Positions 12,401 to 25,069 of a stretch of DNA of 43,864 bases are shown here, piece after piece. The position numbers were made by a program, and so were the translations under genes. Position 1 is the stretch's first letter. The number at the start of each line of letters is the position of its first letter. The DNA comes from Chiloscyllium plagiosum (Eukaryota), in the NCBI RefSeq assembly GCF_004010195.1, contig NC_057758.1, forward strand, positions 871,029-914,892, read 5' to 3'. The notes beneath the pieces are model-generated. The model was not told where the DNA came from. It worked only from the letters and a program-made list of their open reading frames with translations, and did not search any database.

Positions 12401-12864
12401 CGGAAGACTGGAAGGAAACAAGAGATTCGGGAGACCAGAATGAAGAGAACATAAGGTACTGTGTGGACGTTGACAGATTCGGTTGATTCAATGTTTGATA
12501 ATTGTGTCATTGGAGCAAAAGTTTATTGCTTTGGGGTCAGATAGTGATTAATTAAGAAAAAGAAGGGTGCTTGGATTTGTCGAGAGTGTTTGTTTAATGT
12601 TTGCTGTTGGCATGTGGAAAATAAATTCGTATTTTCTTCTTTAAACTGTGAAAAGTGGGTGTTTTCTTTAGCTCAATCAGACTTTCAACAAATTATGAAG
12701 CACGGTGAGTTATTCTGGGTACTTTAGGTTTTATTAAGAGGAGTTCGACATCTGCATCATAACAATATTAATGGCGACCACATAACTGCGAAAAGTTTCG
12801 TTAATTCACTAAGTCTGTTTGGGGCAGAAATGTATAATTGTTGTTTGACCTAATTGTGATTCTA

Positions 12865-13970
12865 AAAACATAGGATAGCACAGCTACAGGCGATTTGGCC
12901 CAAAGTAGCTCTGTTTTCAATGATACTATTCTGATCCAGTCGATGTCACTGAACCCCGAGCATGTTCATGCGTCTATCGAAATGCACCGTCAACGTTGCT
13001 AGACTATCTGGTTCAACACTTCATCTGGCAGTGCAATCCAACCACACACAATCTTTTGTGCGAAATCTTGCCTCACAAGCATCTCTCATACTTGTTTTGT
13101 GTCACTTCGAACTTCTGTCTCCTTAGCATTTGACATTTTCACTCTGGGAAGAAAAACTCTGCCTGTGCATCCAATCTATGTCTCTCGTCATTTTATATAA
13201 TTCTGTCAAGTCGCCCCTCAGCCTCCATCTGTCGAGTTAAAACGATCCAAGTTTGTCTAAACTCTCCTTCTAGCTGATTCACTCCAAATCTTGTAAGCCT
13301 CTTTTGCACAATCTCCAAACCCCCCCAAACCATTCTATTGTTTGGCAAATGGAACTGCTTGTAATTCTCCAAATGTGCGTGAAATAAAGTTTCATACAAA
13401 TGCAGCATGAATTCTCTTTGTTTATGTTCAACACCTTGATCAAAGAAAGCAGGCATACCATACGCCCCCTTTACCACCTTATCCGCTCATATTTTTTTCT
13501 TTCAGGGAACTGTGGACTTGGACCACAACTTTTTCTGTAGATCAATGTTCCTGAGGGTTCTATGATTTACCGACGACTTTCCACTTGCGTCACAAACAAC
13601 AGAGGTCGCAACTTTGACTCTTCCTGGGCATCACTGGCCGCAGACCTCCAATCAGAAATGGAAACAGCCCTCCACCAATACCTGTTTAAGCTAATTTTGC
13701 ATCCACCTGATGAACTCCCAGAAGATCCTCCGTTTCTTAAGCTTCTAGACAACTGCACCAGAGGGACCTTGTCATACGTTTTAGTGAAGTCCATGTAGGC
13801 AACATCCTCTGTTCTATCTTCATCAATTATCTTCGTCACTTCTTAAACAATATCAATCAGATTTGTAACAAATCCTCTCATGCATAAGGAATCTATCAGT
13901 TTCCATTTTCGAATAACTCCTCACCATACGGATTATCCCTGAGAATTACCCGACCACTGATATAAGGCGA
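12865..13970 (-). mobile_element. Old degraded CR1 LINE ORF2 fragment
   Basis: Decayed motifs DVAYMDFTKTYDKVP (13567-13839) and LYETLFHAHLENY..LEIVQKRLTR (13193-13477). Confidence 0.85.
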
Positions 13971-16399
13971 GCCTTTTTGCTCCTGCAGATTTTCCCGACA
14001 CCGTTTCAGGCCTCATCCAATACCCGTTAAGCCTACTTCTAACTTTTGCTCAAAATCTACCGACAGATTTTACTGAGAGATACATGATTTGAGTTTGTCC
14101 ATGTGACAGTGGATTACTGTCTTCCTGTCTGAGCTCTATCTATTTTCCTTTGTCCTCTCTCTCTTTCTCAACATCCGTTTGTAGATTGTATTTCCATAAT
14201 ATTCGATCGGAAAAGGTGGGCGTGGCTGTCTGGACCACACACTTATTTCCCATCCGTAGCTTAGAAGAGATGCTGTTCGTGTCTTGTCTTCAATGATAAC
14301 CGCTTCAAACCACTCAGCGCCACGTTTATACTGTGAACATAGTTCACTATTAATTTTCCTTACTTCATTCAAATCAAACATTTGTCCCTGCACTCGAATG
14401 TTGTCCAATTTACGCTTGGCTTTTTCTGTGCAGTGCCTGGAACAATTTGTCTTCTGGCTCTATTCTGGACCCTTCCGTCAGCTCCATTTCTACTCCGTCT
14501 GTGACAGAATGATTCTTGTGTTTTTACCTGACAAAGAGAAAGCACTTCTCTGATTTATGCACTTAGCTAATTTTTAATTAGCCATGGTCTTGATTTCCTT
14601 AGCGTTCTGAACAGACAATTAATGACTAATGAATGCCATCACAATTAGGAGAGACAAGGCAGCCAATTTACACACAGTTACGTCCGAAAGTACCATCAAG
14701 TTTCTTCGAGATTTACTGCCAGTAAATTCCGAGGCCTGCTTCCAAGAAAGGTTGGGCATTGGTGGAGATTCAATCAGCATAGAAGTAAAAAAAATGACAA
14801 CTCGGAGACAGCTCAGTTGAAAAACGAGTAAATATGCTTTCAATGTTGATTAACTGTAACCTTTCATGTGAAGGTGAGCTGGACGTTTACTCGGTCACGC
14901 GAAGCAATCTTGCAAGTCGCTCTTTAATCGAAAAGTAAAGTTACAATGAAACGATTAGTAAAAGAAAGTGATGGTGTTGACATAATTTTGCAGCCTCTTT
15001 CTAAGATCCAAATGCATCATTATGAACAGAATTGTGAAGAGTAGAAACACAGAGTGCTTTTGGTTTCACCATGCGAATGCTGGCCTTAGCAAACAGCAAT
15101 CATTCTTAATTCAGAACAACATATTGCAGCCATTTTAAATTACGTCTCGTGTTTCCTATCTAGATGAGGATATGTGGGAGATGAACCCAAACATCCGAGG
15201 ACCAAAATAGGGACACTTTAATGACATCAAAAGAGCCCTCTGTAGCTTGCCTCCTATTGGTAGATCTTTAAGAGCAACGCAGTGGGTGAGAATCAACTGG
15301 AGGCTAATTGATTCTGATGATTGCAAAACCAGGCTAAAATCTGGAAACAGAAATATTTCCAACCTGTGAATAGAGAGAAAACAATTTCTGATTATTTTGG
15401 ACACGCCGTCGATCTCTTCAATACCTGTTCCTGACCGCACCATACTGGTCACAACACTCTCTTTTGTCTCTCAGTGTTCAATAAATTCTGTACAGTCCCC
15501 GGTAACGACTTAAAAGGGTACAACATCTCATTGTGTACTCGGGTGGTTAATATAAAGTGTGCACACAGATGATTGTTCAAATGTCTGTCTCCCACAGTGG
15601 AGACATTGATTTTCTGTTCAAAATATATAGGATGCACATGCTGTTTGACAAATATTCGTTGGCCCACTCTGCAAGCACTGTATTAATGTGGAAAATGCAT
15701 AGGTTGCACAATGTTGACTGTCTAAAGATCGAGTGTCCAAAACTGTAAACTTTGGATTCCAATGACAATACATTGAAATTTCTGCTGAATGGCAAAATAT
15801 CAGTCATCGTACACTAGAGACGTTGCCCTTCTGTAGACATTGCACTGTTGTTGAATATACACGGTCTGAAAATTGCTGTGTGTGCAAATATCATTTGCCT
15901 CATACTGCAGGAATTGCGTTATTGCAGACTGTGTATAACTGTAGATTTTGTCTTACTATAGAAAACGCACAGGCCTCAGACTTACACCGACTGACCAGGG
16001 GAACTAAGCTGACGATCTTCATGCATGAGTTGTTTTCTCAAAGTCTGACATCCTGTGCAAAATCATTCAAACCTAAGACTTATTCAAATACCTGGAGCCA
16101 GTCTCCCAGCTGTTGGTAGGTAGAAGGCCATTCGCATCAACAACTACTTACTCGTCCTCAAATTGGTCAGCTATATATTTCCTGCCGAATCCACACTTGA
16201 GCACAGACCCCAGGACCAACTTTCCTTTGAACCTACTGTTGGCTCCCCACTAGAACCAGTGCTCACGTCGACAGCTGCTGTGTGAACAATGAACATCATG
16301 TGAGATTTTGTGTACATGTGGCAAAATTATTTCCACAATCCGTACTTATGTAAACTACTCACTTTGTTTCAATCAACACCATAATCAAACGATTGTAAA

Positions 16400-16900
16400 A
16401 GAAAGTATACAGCCTTTGCAAAGGAGTGAGAATGAAAGGAATATAGACAATGAAAGACAGAATCTGAGAGATATAAAGGGAGATGCTGGACGAATCATAC
16501 AGCCTGAGAGATAATGAGTGGGATTAAGACGAGGCACTAACAGAAAGATACAGAAAGAGAGGGTGACAAAAAAAAAACAAGTTTCATCGGGGTAGAGAGA
16601 GAGATGGATAGAAAGAAATATGGAAAGAGAAAGAATATGGAACTGAAAGGGTGATAAATATAGGCAGTCAGACAGGGAGAGCGGGAGCTGTAGAGAGACA
16701 GACAGGGAAAATGGAAGTGATGGAGGGGGAGAAACATGGGGATAGAACGAAAAGAACTGGTAGGGAGAGAGGGGCACAACCACACGTACATAAGGAGCAA
16801 GGCTACACTAAGATTAGTGACACTTTGAGAACAACAGACAAACTGAGAGAGAAAAAGAGAGAGAGAAATAAGCGAATGTGTGGCAGAACGATAGAAAGAC
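16400..16900. repeat. Purine-rich (GA/GAGA) low-complexity tract
   Basis: Strong A/G bias with degenerate (GA)n and GACA units. Confidence 0.7.
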
Positions 16901-16992
16901 GTAAGAACATTACTGGGATAGTAAATTTTCGTGTGTACAAAGCATCAGCAAAAACAGAGGAAGGAGGAAAAAATGACAGGTGCCAGTGTTAG

Positions 16993-17174
16993 TCCTGCAT
17001 GATAAAGGACGACTTATCGTGAACTGCATGGATAGCTCCAGCAGAGCTGCTGACAGTGAGAAGACTCGGGACCAGTTTAAACCTGATAGTCCCAACCTGT
17101 CTGGGGTTCGGACGGAGATGGTGAAATGACATCAGGAGCGCCAATGCCTCTTCTATGTGAAACAAGCAGCTTAC
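16993..17174 (+). mobile_element. Gypsy integrase fragment, inverted copy of 18134-18317
   Basis: Reverse complement of 18134-18317 (…gatagctccagcagagctgctgacagtgagaagactcgggaccagtttaaacctgatagtccca…). Confidence 0.85.
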
Positions 17175-17289
17175 ATTTAAGATGGCATTTAAGTGCTGGC
17201 ACGTGAAATAACTCCAAGGAGGCAATCTTCCTATTACGAAATCACATTTAATTTACACACGGACTGTGACTAGCTTGCCCACAGCCAGA

Positions 17290-17596
17290 TTGTGAATGAG
17301 GAAACACTCTGAATCTCCTGTGTTTTTTTTTCACCATATTACTTTTTCTTCTCATGTTCAAGGTATTGGGCTCTTATTGCCCAGACCAGAGTCAAACGCT
17401 AGAATGAGTAGACTTTCAGAGCCCCGAGTTTCCCTTGTTTTCTCTTGTGATTCTCTTGGGGGAGGGGTGTTTCTGACCAATCAGTTCGAAGTTATTCCCT
17501 AGATAACTTCAGGGATCCCCGATTGGCTATTTTACAAGCACAACGAAGGAGCACATAATTAATGTGATCCACCTGGCCCTCGTTTCAATCAAGACA
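17290..17596 (-). mobile_element. Possible decayed 3' LTR of the adjacent Gypsy element
   Basis: Lies downstream (on -) of the integrase remnant; on - a purine-rich stretch is followed by TG at about 17596; CCAAT-like boxes present. Confidence 0.35.
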
Positions 17597-17614
17597 TCCA
17601 TCACTCCATTGGTT

Positions 17615-17735
17615 TTTTCCTGATTAAGGATTTATCACCAATACATAGACTCCTTCTTCTCAGATGTTGCCTGACCGGTTGTGCTTTTCTAGCACCACAC
17701 TCTGGGACTCTGATCTCTGGCATCAGCGGTCCTTG
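17615..17735 (+). mobile_element. Short Penelope-type tail repeat (degenerate)
   Basis: Similar to the reverse complement of 28110-28235 (cctga..agg…gatg.tgcctgacc..tgtgcttttc.agcacc). Confidence 0.6.
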
Positions 17736-17739
17736 CTAA

Positions 17740-18680
17740 TTTTCATACAATTTCCAGGTTCGGTTCTTCCGACTGATTCAGCGTCTGATATGGGAAGCAT
17801 TTCCAGGACAATAGCACGTCTCTGACGCCAAGGGCATCGTGGGACAGTTTCCTCCTGTTCTTCAGACAGCGACAATTTTGAGGCGGCATCCGCTGTGAAC
17901 TTTGAGGCTTCTTCGATACTAGATGGAGGCAGACAACACACAGTTTCTGACAAACGTCCTGGCTGTTCTCGTGTGCCGAATAACTTTTGGTCGTGCCCCG
18001 TTTGCGAAATACCAATTGCTACGTGATCCACATACTGTTTCAAGGCCGCCTCAACTACCCAAACTTTGTGTGTCACGGGTCCAAACCTCATGTCGAACTC
18101 GGCTTTTACCCATGACAAACGTCATCCTCTGAAGTAAGCTGCTTGTTTCACATAGGAGAGGCATTGACGCTCCTGATGTCATTTCACTATCTCCGTCCTA
18201 ACCCCAGACATTTTGGGACTATCAGGTTTAAACTGGTCCCGAGTCTTCTCACTGTCAGCAGCTCTGCTGGAGCTATCCATGCAGTAGCACGATAGGTCGT
18301 CCCATAATCATGCAGGAACAGAGACAGTTTGGCTGCGAATGAAGCTTCAGACCGTTTCATTAATATATCCACTGCACTTTCTGCAAGATCATTGGATAAT
18401 CTGTGGTATGGCGCTGTCTGAATATGATGAATACCATTAATAACATTAATAACGAATTTCTTGTTGGAAACGTTTGTCCCATTGTCCATTACCAAAACTT
18501 CCAGGAATCTGTCCATCCCAATCTAAGCTGGCAACTTTCTAGTTATCAGTCCTGAGTTTGCCAAAGGGACGCTCTGCACATTAAACTACTTTGAATGGGC
18601 ATCCACAATGACACAATGTTGATTTGTATTCCAGGATTCGCCCAGCAAGTTCCATAAAGTGGGGCACCGCTGGCGGTACA
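17740..18680 (-). mobile_element. Ty3/Gypsy LTR retrotransposon integrase remnant
   Basis: ORF 18187-18516: LVMDNGT and HIQTAPYHRLSNDLAESAV (decayed DNG and PYHPxSNGLAER motifs), IAPAELL; GPVTHKV and HV downstream. Confidence 0.85.
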
Positions 18681-19002
18681 AGATTAGATTTTTTTTAATT
18701 AGATTCCTCACAGTGTGGAAATAGGCCGATGGGCCCAACAAGTCCACACCGACCCTCCGAAGAATAACCCACCCCTACATTTATCCCTGACTAATGCACC
18801 TAACACTACGGGCAATTTAGCATGGCCAATTCACCTGATATGCACGTCTTCAGAATGTGAGAGGAAACCGGAGCACCCGGAGGAAACCCACGCAGATACG
18901 GGGAGAATGTGCAAACTCGACACAAACAGTTTCCCGAAACGGGAATTGAACCCGGGTCTCTGACGATGTGAGGCAGCTCGGACACTGACCAACCACCGCT
19001 GC
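18681..19002 (-). mobile_element. HE1-type V-SINE
   Basis: Reverse complement of the SINE at 3249; (ttaga)n tail; B-box seen as GGAATTGAACC. Confidence 0.9.
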
Positions 19003-19039
19003 GATATTGGTATTCAAACTTGCATAGAACACATAACTA

Positions 19040-20240
19040 GTGGACTTTTTTAGAAGACTTTTAGCGCAGGTTTGTGCTCAGATTGTACGTTTTTGCGCTG
19101 ATCTGGCAGGTTTGTTTTCAGAAGGCTAACATTATCCGTGAGACTCCAGTGAAGCGCTGGTGTTCTGTTCAGATGTCTTTTTCTGTGCCTTGGTCTCTGA
19201 GAACAGGTGATATTATTTGTGGTTCTTTTTCTCAGAAGTTGATAAATGTAATCCAAATCGATTTATTGTATAAGTTTTGGTTTGAATGCCAGGCCTTTCG
19301 GAATACTGTGCTTGTCTCTGTTCAGCCTATCCTTAGATAGGCTGTCCCAGTTGCGGCGGTGTCCTCTGTATGAAAAGAGACGAGAGATAATATAACATGT
19401 GTTTTGGTGCCTAGCTTTTATTCGTTTATTGTGGTGATTGGTTTTCTGCCTGTCTGTCTGACATAGTGTTTTTGTTACAGTCCTTGCATGGCATTTTGAA
19501 AATAGCATTCGTTTTGCTGTTTGTTGGTATCGGGTCCTTTAGGTTCGTCAGTAGCTTTTTCATGGCAGGTTTGTCGGCTGCCATGAGCCAAGGAGTCAAA
19601 GTAGTCTGCTCCGAGATGCCTTTGATGTATGTTTGTACGGCTAGGGTTTCTGGACGTGTTGTGTCAACTTGTTCTGTATTTGTTGTTTAAGTATCAGCAG
19701 ACTGTTTCTTTTTATCACTTACCCATTCTGCTTTAATCTGCCATGTTGGTGTACTTCTTCTTTTGCTTATGGTTCCTGGGTGCTGCAGTTTGTTACGTCT
19801 CATTGAAATAATGTCCTGATGCAGCTCGGGTTGTTGGTATTGGGATGATTGCTCTGTTGTTAAGTACCTTTTCTCTGTGTATTATTTTCGTGTAGATGCT
19901 CATCTGCATTTATCCATGAACTGTTCCTTCCTCTGTGGCATTGAGGAAGAGGAGGCGGTTGTTATTTACCTCCTCTATCATGAAATTTGCGCCAGCAAGG
20001 ATGGTGTTGATTATGCTGTCGGTTTCCTCGTATTTAATACGTTTTGTGATGTTTCGTTGGTTCATCTCGAAATGCAGTCAGGCCAGGCCAGTCTGATGTT
20101 AATTGATATAAATAGAGCTGTCACGTCAAAGGAGGATTTGACTGTGCCATGAAGGATATCCATGAAATATCTCACAGTCAAAAAGATACACCTGGCCCGC
20201 ATTTCAATATGTAAATCCCTGACTCCCAATTCCAAGAATG
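19040..20240 (-). mobile_element. Penelope-like element remnant (RT fragment and GIY-YIG C-terminus)
   Basis: SSFDVTALFISINI (PLE RT motif SFDVxxLFT) in ORF 20062-20382; 3' region homologous to the EFLEAWHS segment at 21650-21690. Confidence 0.75.
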
Positions 20241-20244
20241 TAGG

Positions 20245-20375
20245 CTTTTCCTGATGAAGGGTGTATACTTGGAATATCACTCCCCAGCTAATTGGATGCT
20301 GTCTGACCGGGTGTACTTTTCCAGCACAATACTCTTCGACTCTGGCCCCAGCAACTGCAGTCCTCAGTTTCCCCT
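20245..20375 (+). mobile_element. Short Penelope-type tail repeat
   Basis: cctgatgaaggg…ggatgctgtctgacc…tttccagcac…ctgcagtcctca; same family as 28110-28235. Confidence 0.65.
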
Positions 20376-20389
20376 GATTCATTTTCTTG

Positions 20390-21420
20390 TAATTTCCAGG
20401 CTTGGTTCTTCTGAGTCTGAATCAGACTTTGATCCAGAAAACGTGCACAGGACAATAGCACGTATCTTCCAGCCAGAGCATTGGGGACAGTCTTCTCCTG
20501 TATTCTGGCAGTAACAATTTCGAAAAGGCATCTATTTTGGACTCTGAGCTTTAGAAATTTAGACGGAGAACACACATTTTCTGATAGACGTTCTGGGTGT
20601 TCTCGGGTGCCAGGCAAATTTTACTCGTGCTCCTTTTGCGAGCTTTCACGTGATCCGCATGTTGTTTCAGGATGCCTTACCTCTATGAAACTTGTATGTC
20701 AGGGGACTAGACGTCGCATAGAACTCGCCTTGCACCCAGGCAGTACGTTATCCACGCTTTCAACTACAAACATTATCTGCAGAAGTAAGCTGCCTCTCTC
20801 AGATAGAAGACGCATTGGCGCTCCTGATGCTATTTCAACAATCCCATCTTCCATGCTCGACAGCTTCGGTACTACCAGGTTGAACCTGGTCCAGAGTATT
20901 CTCATTATCAGTAGCTCTACTGGAGCTATCCATGCAGTTGTACGGTGGGTAGTCCTATAATGAAGATGGAACAGGAACAGTTTGGCATCGATTGAAGCTG
21001 TAGACCATTTCTTGTGCGACTTCAAATTATGTACCGCTCTTTCGGCCAGACCATTGGACAATGGATGTTATGGAGCCGTCTGGACATACTGATTGCTATT
21101 CAACTTTATGAAGTCCACGAATTCCCTGCTGGAAAATTTCATCTCATTATCCGTGACCAATACTTCCTGGAGTTTGTGTATCCCGATAGAAGCTCGCAGC
21201 TTTCAAATCATAAGCTTGACTTTGCCAAATGAGCGCTGTACAATTAAATTACTTTAAATGGGAATCCACAATGACCAGGAAGATTGAATCAATGTCGACG
21301 TGTAATCGAGTCCAGGATTAACGCTGCCATTGTCTTCAAAGTTGGGCACTGTTAGCGGTATTTTTGTACATGTCGGCAGTCTGGTAACTGGCCTACAACC
21401 ACAGCTAGAACGCTATCCAA
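20390..21420 (-). mobile_element. Ty3/Gypsy integrase remnant, second copy
   Basis: ORF 20699-21061: SNGLAERAV, YRTTH and IAPVELL; colinear with 17740-18680. Confidence 0.85.
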
Positions 21421-21449
21421 TCCAGGACGCCACACATAACTTAAAAACG

Positions 21450-21820
21450 TTTTTTTGTGAAGACTTGTAGCTCAGGTTAGTGCTCAGGTTGTACGTTTGC
21501 TCGCCGAGCTGTCGTGTTTGGTTTTTTGTCCATGTTAACGTGACATCATCATGTGAAGTGGTGGTCTGAAGGTGGGTTAGATGCTTTCTGATCATTTTTC
21601 TCAGAGCATGATAAATGGTGTCCAAGTCGATACATTTATTGATGGAGTTTCAGTTTGAATGCCAGGCTTCAAGGAATTCCTTGCGTGTCGCTGTTTTGTA
21701 TGTTCTAGAATGGATGTGTTGTCCCAGTTGAAGTGGTGTTATTCTTCGTCTGTTTGCAAGTATGATGGGGTGCTCTCCTTTATGATTCGTTGGTGTGAAC
21801 ATGAACGCTTTTTTTAACTT
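21450..21820 (-). mobile_element. Penelope-like element 3' remnant
   Basis: RKEFLEAWHSN (GIY-YIG C-terminal motif) followed by sequence homologous to 19040-19400. Confidence 0.7.
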
Positions 21821-21824
21821 ATGG

Positions 21825-22150
21825 AGGATATTTGAGAAACCCACACCTGGAATATTGTGTGCAGTTGTGTTTTGCTTCTTGTAGGAAAGTTGTAACTGTG
21901 CCCGAGTTCACACAGGGAGAGGTTTCCTGGATTGATCCCTGGAATGAGCGAGTTGTTTGATGAGGAAAGGGTGGACACAGCAGATGTGAACCGACTGATG
22001 TTTCAAGAGTGGTGCGGGATTGTGAGGACCTGGCTGATGAATGTATTACTTTGAACTGCCTGAACAAGGCGGACTTGGATAAGCATGTCCCCTGGGGTGG
22101 GTCATTCCGGAATGGGAGAGGCACAAATTTACTGTGCAGTGTGGGGAGGT
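21825..22150 (+). mobile_element. Old CR1 ORF2 fragment
   Basis: ccacacctggaatattgtgtgcagttgtg encodes PHLEYCVQL, like other CR1 copies here. Confidence 0.55.
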
Positions 22151-22173
22151 GGTCGGTTCGTCCCTTCAGAACA

Positions 22174-22239
<66 letters not shown>

Positions 22240-22266
22240 TCTCTCCCTTTCTTTCTCTTTCTCTCT
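22174..22266. repeat. Compound (CT)n(CA)n microsatellite
   Basis: Direct reading. Confidence 0.98.
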
Positions 22267-23329
22267 CGAACCCCCGTATCTCCAAGGGCTATTTGCAACT
22301 ATGGAACTTTCTGCACTTAAAGGCAGTGAAAGTGGGCCATTGTAGACTTTTGAAGATGGATATGAACTAATTCGTGTCATCAGAGGAACGGAAGGTTGTT
22401 GGACACTGGTGAGAATCGGGAACTGGAAAGACAATAAAATCAGTGCGATACTTAAAGAAGAGGGACAAATAGCAAAAGATCTGCTCCTGTCTGTTACATT
22501 TGTATCTCCAGCGATTGTGACTAGCCGAGCTCTTCCAGAAAATATCTCGTGGCTGTACTGCTGTTGACTTCAGTTTGTCTCCGTGAGATTCCTTCTGACT
22601 CCATTCTTCTTGACTATCTATTGTTTATTCCTTGTCTGTGCTGCTCTTTCCTAACCCGAAACAAATAATACAATTCTCAACCGCGGCAATGATCTGTTGC
22701 TAATGCATGGTCAAAATCCCATCTGCGTATGGGTCACCTTCTCTCTCTACCTCCCGCAACAACACCCACTTCCCAACCACATTTTAACCAGATATCTGTC
22801 ATATCCAATCGTTCCATCCCTTTTATCCAGCCTTTGGAACAACCACATTATATTTGTCCTTCTGGGATTGTGAAAATGTAGAAATGCTTCTTTACAATGC
22901 TAGTTACCTTGCATGTGATAGTCATGTGTCGACACATTATATTTAATTTGCATTTTATTCCCCCTTTTTACCCTTAACACTGACCTGACAGATAATTTAC
23001 TTTTCCTTGATGCAGTGTTCCTTCTCGTGGAATTATTCTGTGCATTTTGGTGTTCCTTTCCGATTCTGCCCCAGGGTCCCACGTTCCTCATCTTAAACAT
23101 TTGCTCAGTGTTGCTAACACATCAGCAGCCCAGTGGCCTTATATCACTGGTCTCGGTGTGTACCCAAAGGGTGCTGTGCAGATTGCATCATTCGCATCAT
23201 TGAGGCTAAAACCCCTTTGTTTGAAAACACTCGTCTCTGTGGCACTGTTCTTCTCTTTATTCTTCTTTCTTCAAATGTGAAACACAATCCCCTTATCAAT
23301 CCTTTTTGTTGTTTTCTGAACGATCTGGA

Positions 23330-23635
23330 ACAGGTTAATCATTATCAAACAATTACAGGTTTGTCTAAGACGAGAGGGCATCAGGTTACGTTGAGGAGTA
23401 AGTGGTTTCGAGGAAATTTGAGGCTTTTTACCCCTAGATCATGGTAAATGTTTGAAAATGCCGTCCGAGTTGTGGTGAAGGCTACATTTAAACAACATCC
23501 GAAAGAACACTTAATTTGGCGGGCATAGTAAGCTATGGATCAAGTGCAGGTAAAGTGAATTGTTCTAATTTGGTGTTTTTTGGTCAGCACCAGAACAATT
23601 GGCCAAATGACATGTTTCTCTGTTGTATGACTCTC
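23330..23635 (+). mobile_element. Old CR1 3' fragment
   Basis: SKTRGHQ..RSKWFRGNLR resembles the CR1 ORF2 C-terminus (TRGH..RGGRFRGDVR); tatgactct tail. Confidence 0.55.
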
Positions 23636-24281
23636 TGGCTCCATGTTTTGTGCAGGGAAACAACATGAGATTGGACGCCATCAGCGAGGGTTTAATTCTG
23701 CCATCCCATGATGACCCTTACTTCCCGACCCTTACCATGTCAATGTAAATGAAGATGAGCGTCAAGACCGCAATGAAACGACCTCTCATTGAAAGTCACA
23801 AAGTGCCTGTTATTGCACTCAATGGTATGTAGATACTTGATTTGTATCTCCCGTAATCTGTGTAATAGGTACACTTTTTGTAAACCAAGTTCTGGCTCAA
23901 ATCAAGGGGAAAAAATCAGAAATACAAAATTAGAATCTTATCAAGAATGCACTGCTGTTCGTGAAGCTGTTTTTTTCTGGTTATTAATTATCTCAATGGG
24001 GAACGTTCATGCTCTCCATCTGCCACAAGTACAAAGCGCATTGGTTTGAGAAAGAATAGCTGAATATGTTTGTTAAGAGACTTCATTAATGTCTGTCTTC
24101 AGGGAACATTTTTTGTGTCACTGGAGAGATCTCATCTTCTCTTCATAAGGGAGACTTTCGAAATATGATCTCATTGTATCAAGGAATCCCATAGCTATGG
24201 CATGAAAAGGGGTCAGCATCTATCAGAGAAAGAAAAAATATTGGACATAACCCGGGAAGGACACACTGGAATGTAACAGCA

Positions 24282-24462
24282 ATGGAATCCAACCTTTGGA
24301 CAGCAGACTGGTGTTCAACAAAGATGAACAGGCGATTCCCCTCACAAATCGCCTATTACATTAAAAATCAGCATTGGATGACAGTCTACTATCGAATAAG
24401 ATACATACTCCTGCTCTTCCAGCACGTTTACTATCCCTTACTTGCTGCGGTTGGTGTTTTTG
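24282..24462 (+). CDS. GPR139-like GPCR locus B, coding exon 1
   Basis: GCAATGG start context; 60 codons plus 1 nt ending HVYYPLLAAVGVF-G, followed by the consensus donor GTAAGT at 24463. YY-x6-G spacing matches TM1 of GPR139-family receptors. Confidence 0.85.
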
Positions 24463-25069
24463 GTAAGTCTCTCTGTCCAGTGAATTCAGTCCATGAACTG
24501 AAGTTGAGGGGTAAGTCAGAAGAAGAGAAAATAAGCAGTTTAGATGTTTGGGCTGACCGCATGCTGACTTAAAGAATCTCGTCTGGAGCGGCGTATGCTT
24601 TGTGGTGCATAGTGACACGATAACTGAGGATTCAATTCTGACAGCCCATGAGCGTTTGCTCTTCTCGATTTTTTTCTACCATTTATATCAATCTAAGACC
24701 AAGATGAGTTTCAATACCGCTATCAAACCTCATCTCTTGGAACGTGACCATGTACTGCTACCATTTTTTTCTCCTGTAATGTGTCCATGTATCGATTATC
24801 CCCATCCCGATCTCTGCCCCAGTTTCCGATGAAAGATTCCCCAAACTCGCTCCACGTTGTATGTTGCTTTGATCTGAACCTGTGCTCACCAATTCAACTT
24901 GCAAAAAATTTAGCATTTCTTGCTTTTAAAGCTTAATATCATGGACACTAGACTCTCAGTTTCTTGGATACAGACATCCAATTCGTCCACCGACGACACT
25001 TTATAGCAGCAGTATGTACCATTTACTGAATTCATTGCAGAAATTCATCAAAATCCTTAACCAGAACCT

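Noticed and set aside
24463..24572. 3' extension of the 96-aa ORF
   Set aside because: Read-through into the intron past a consensus GTAAGT donor.
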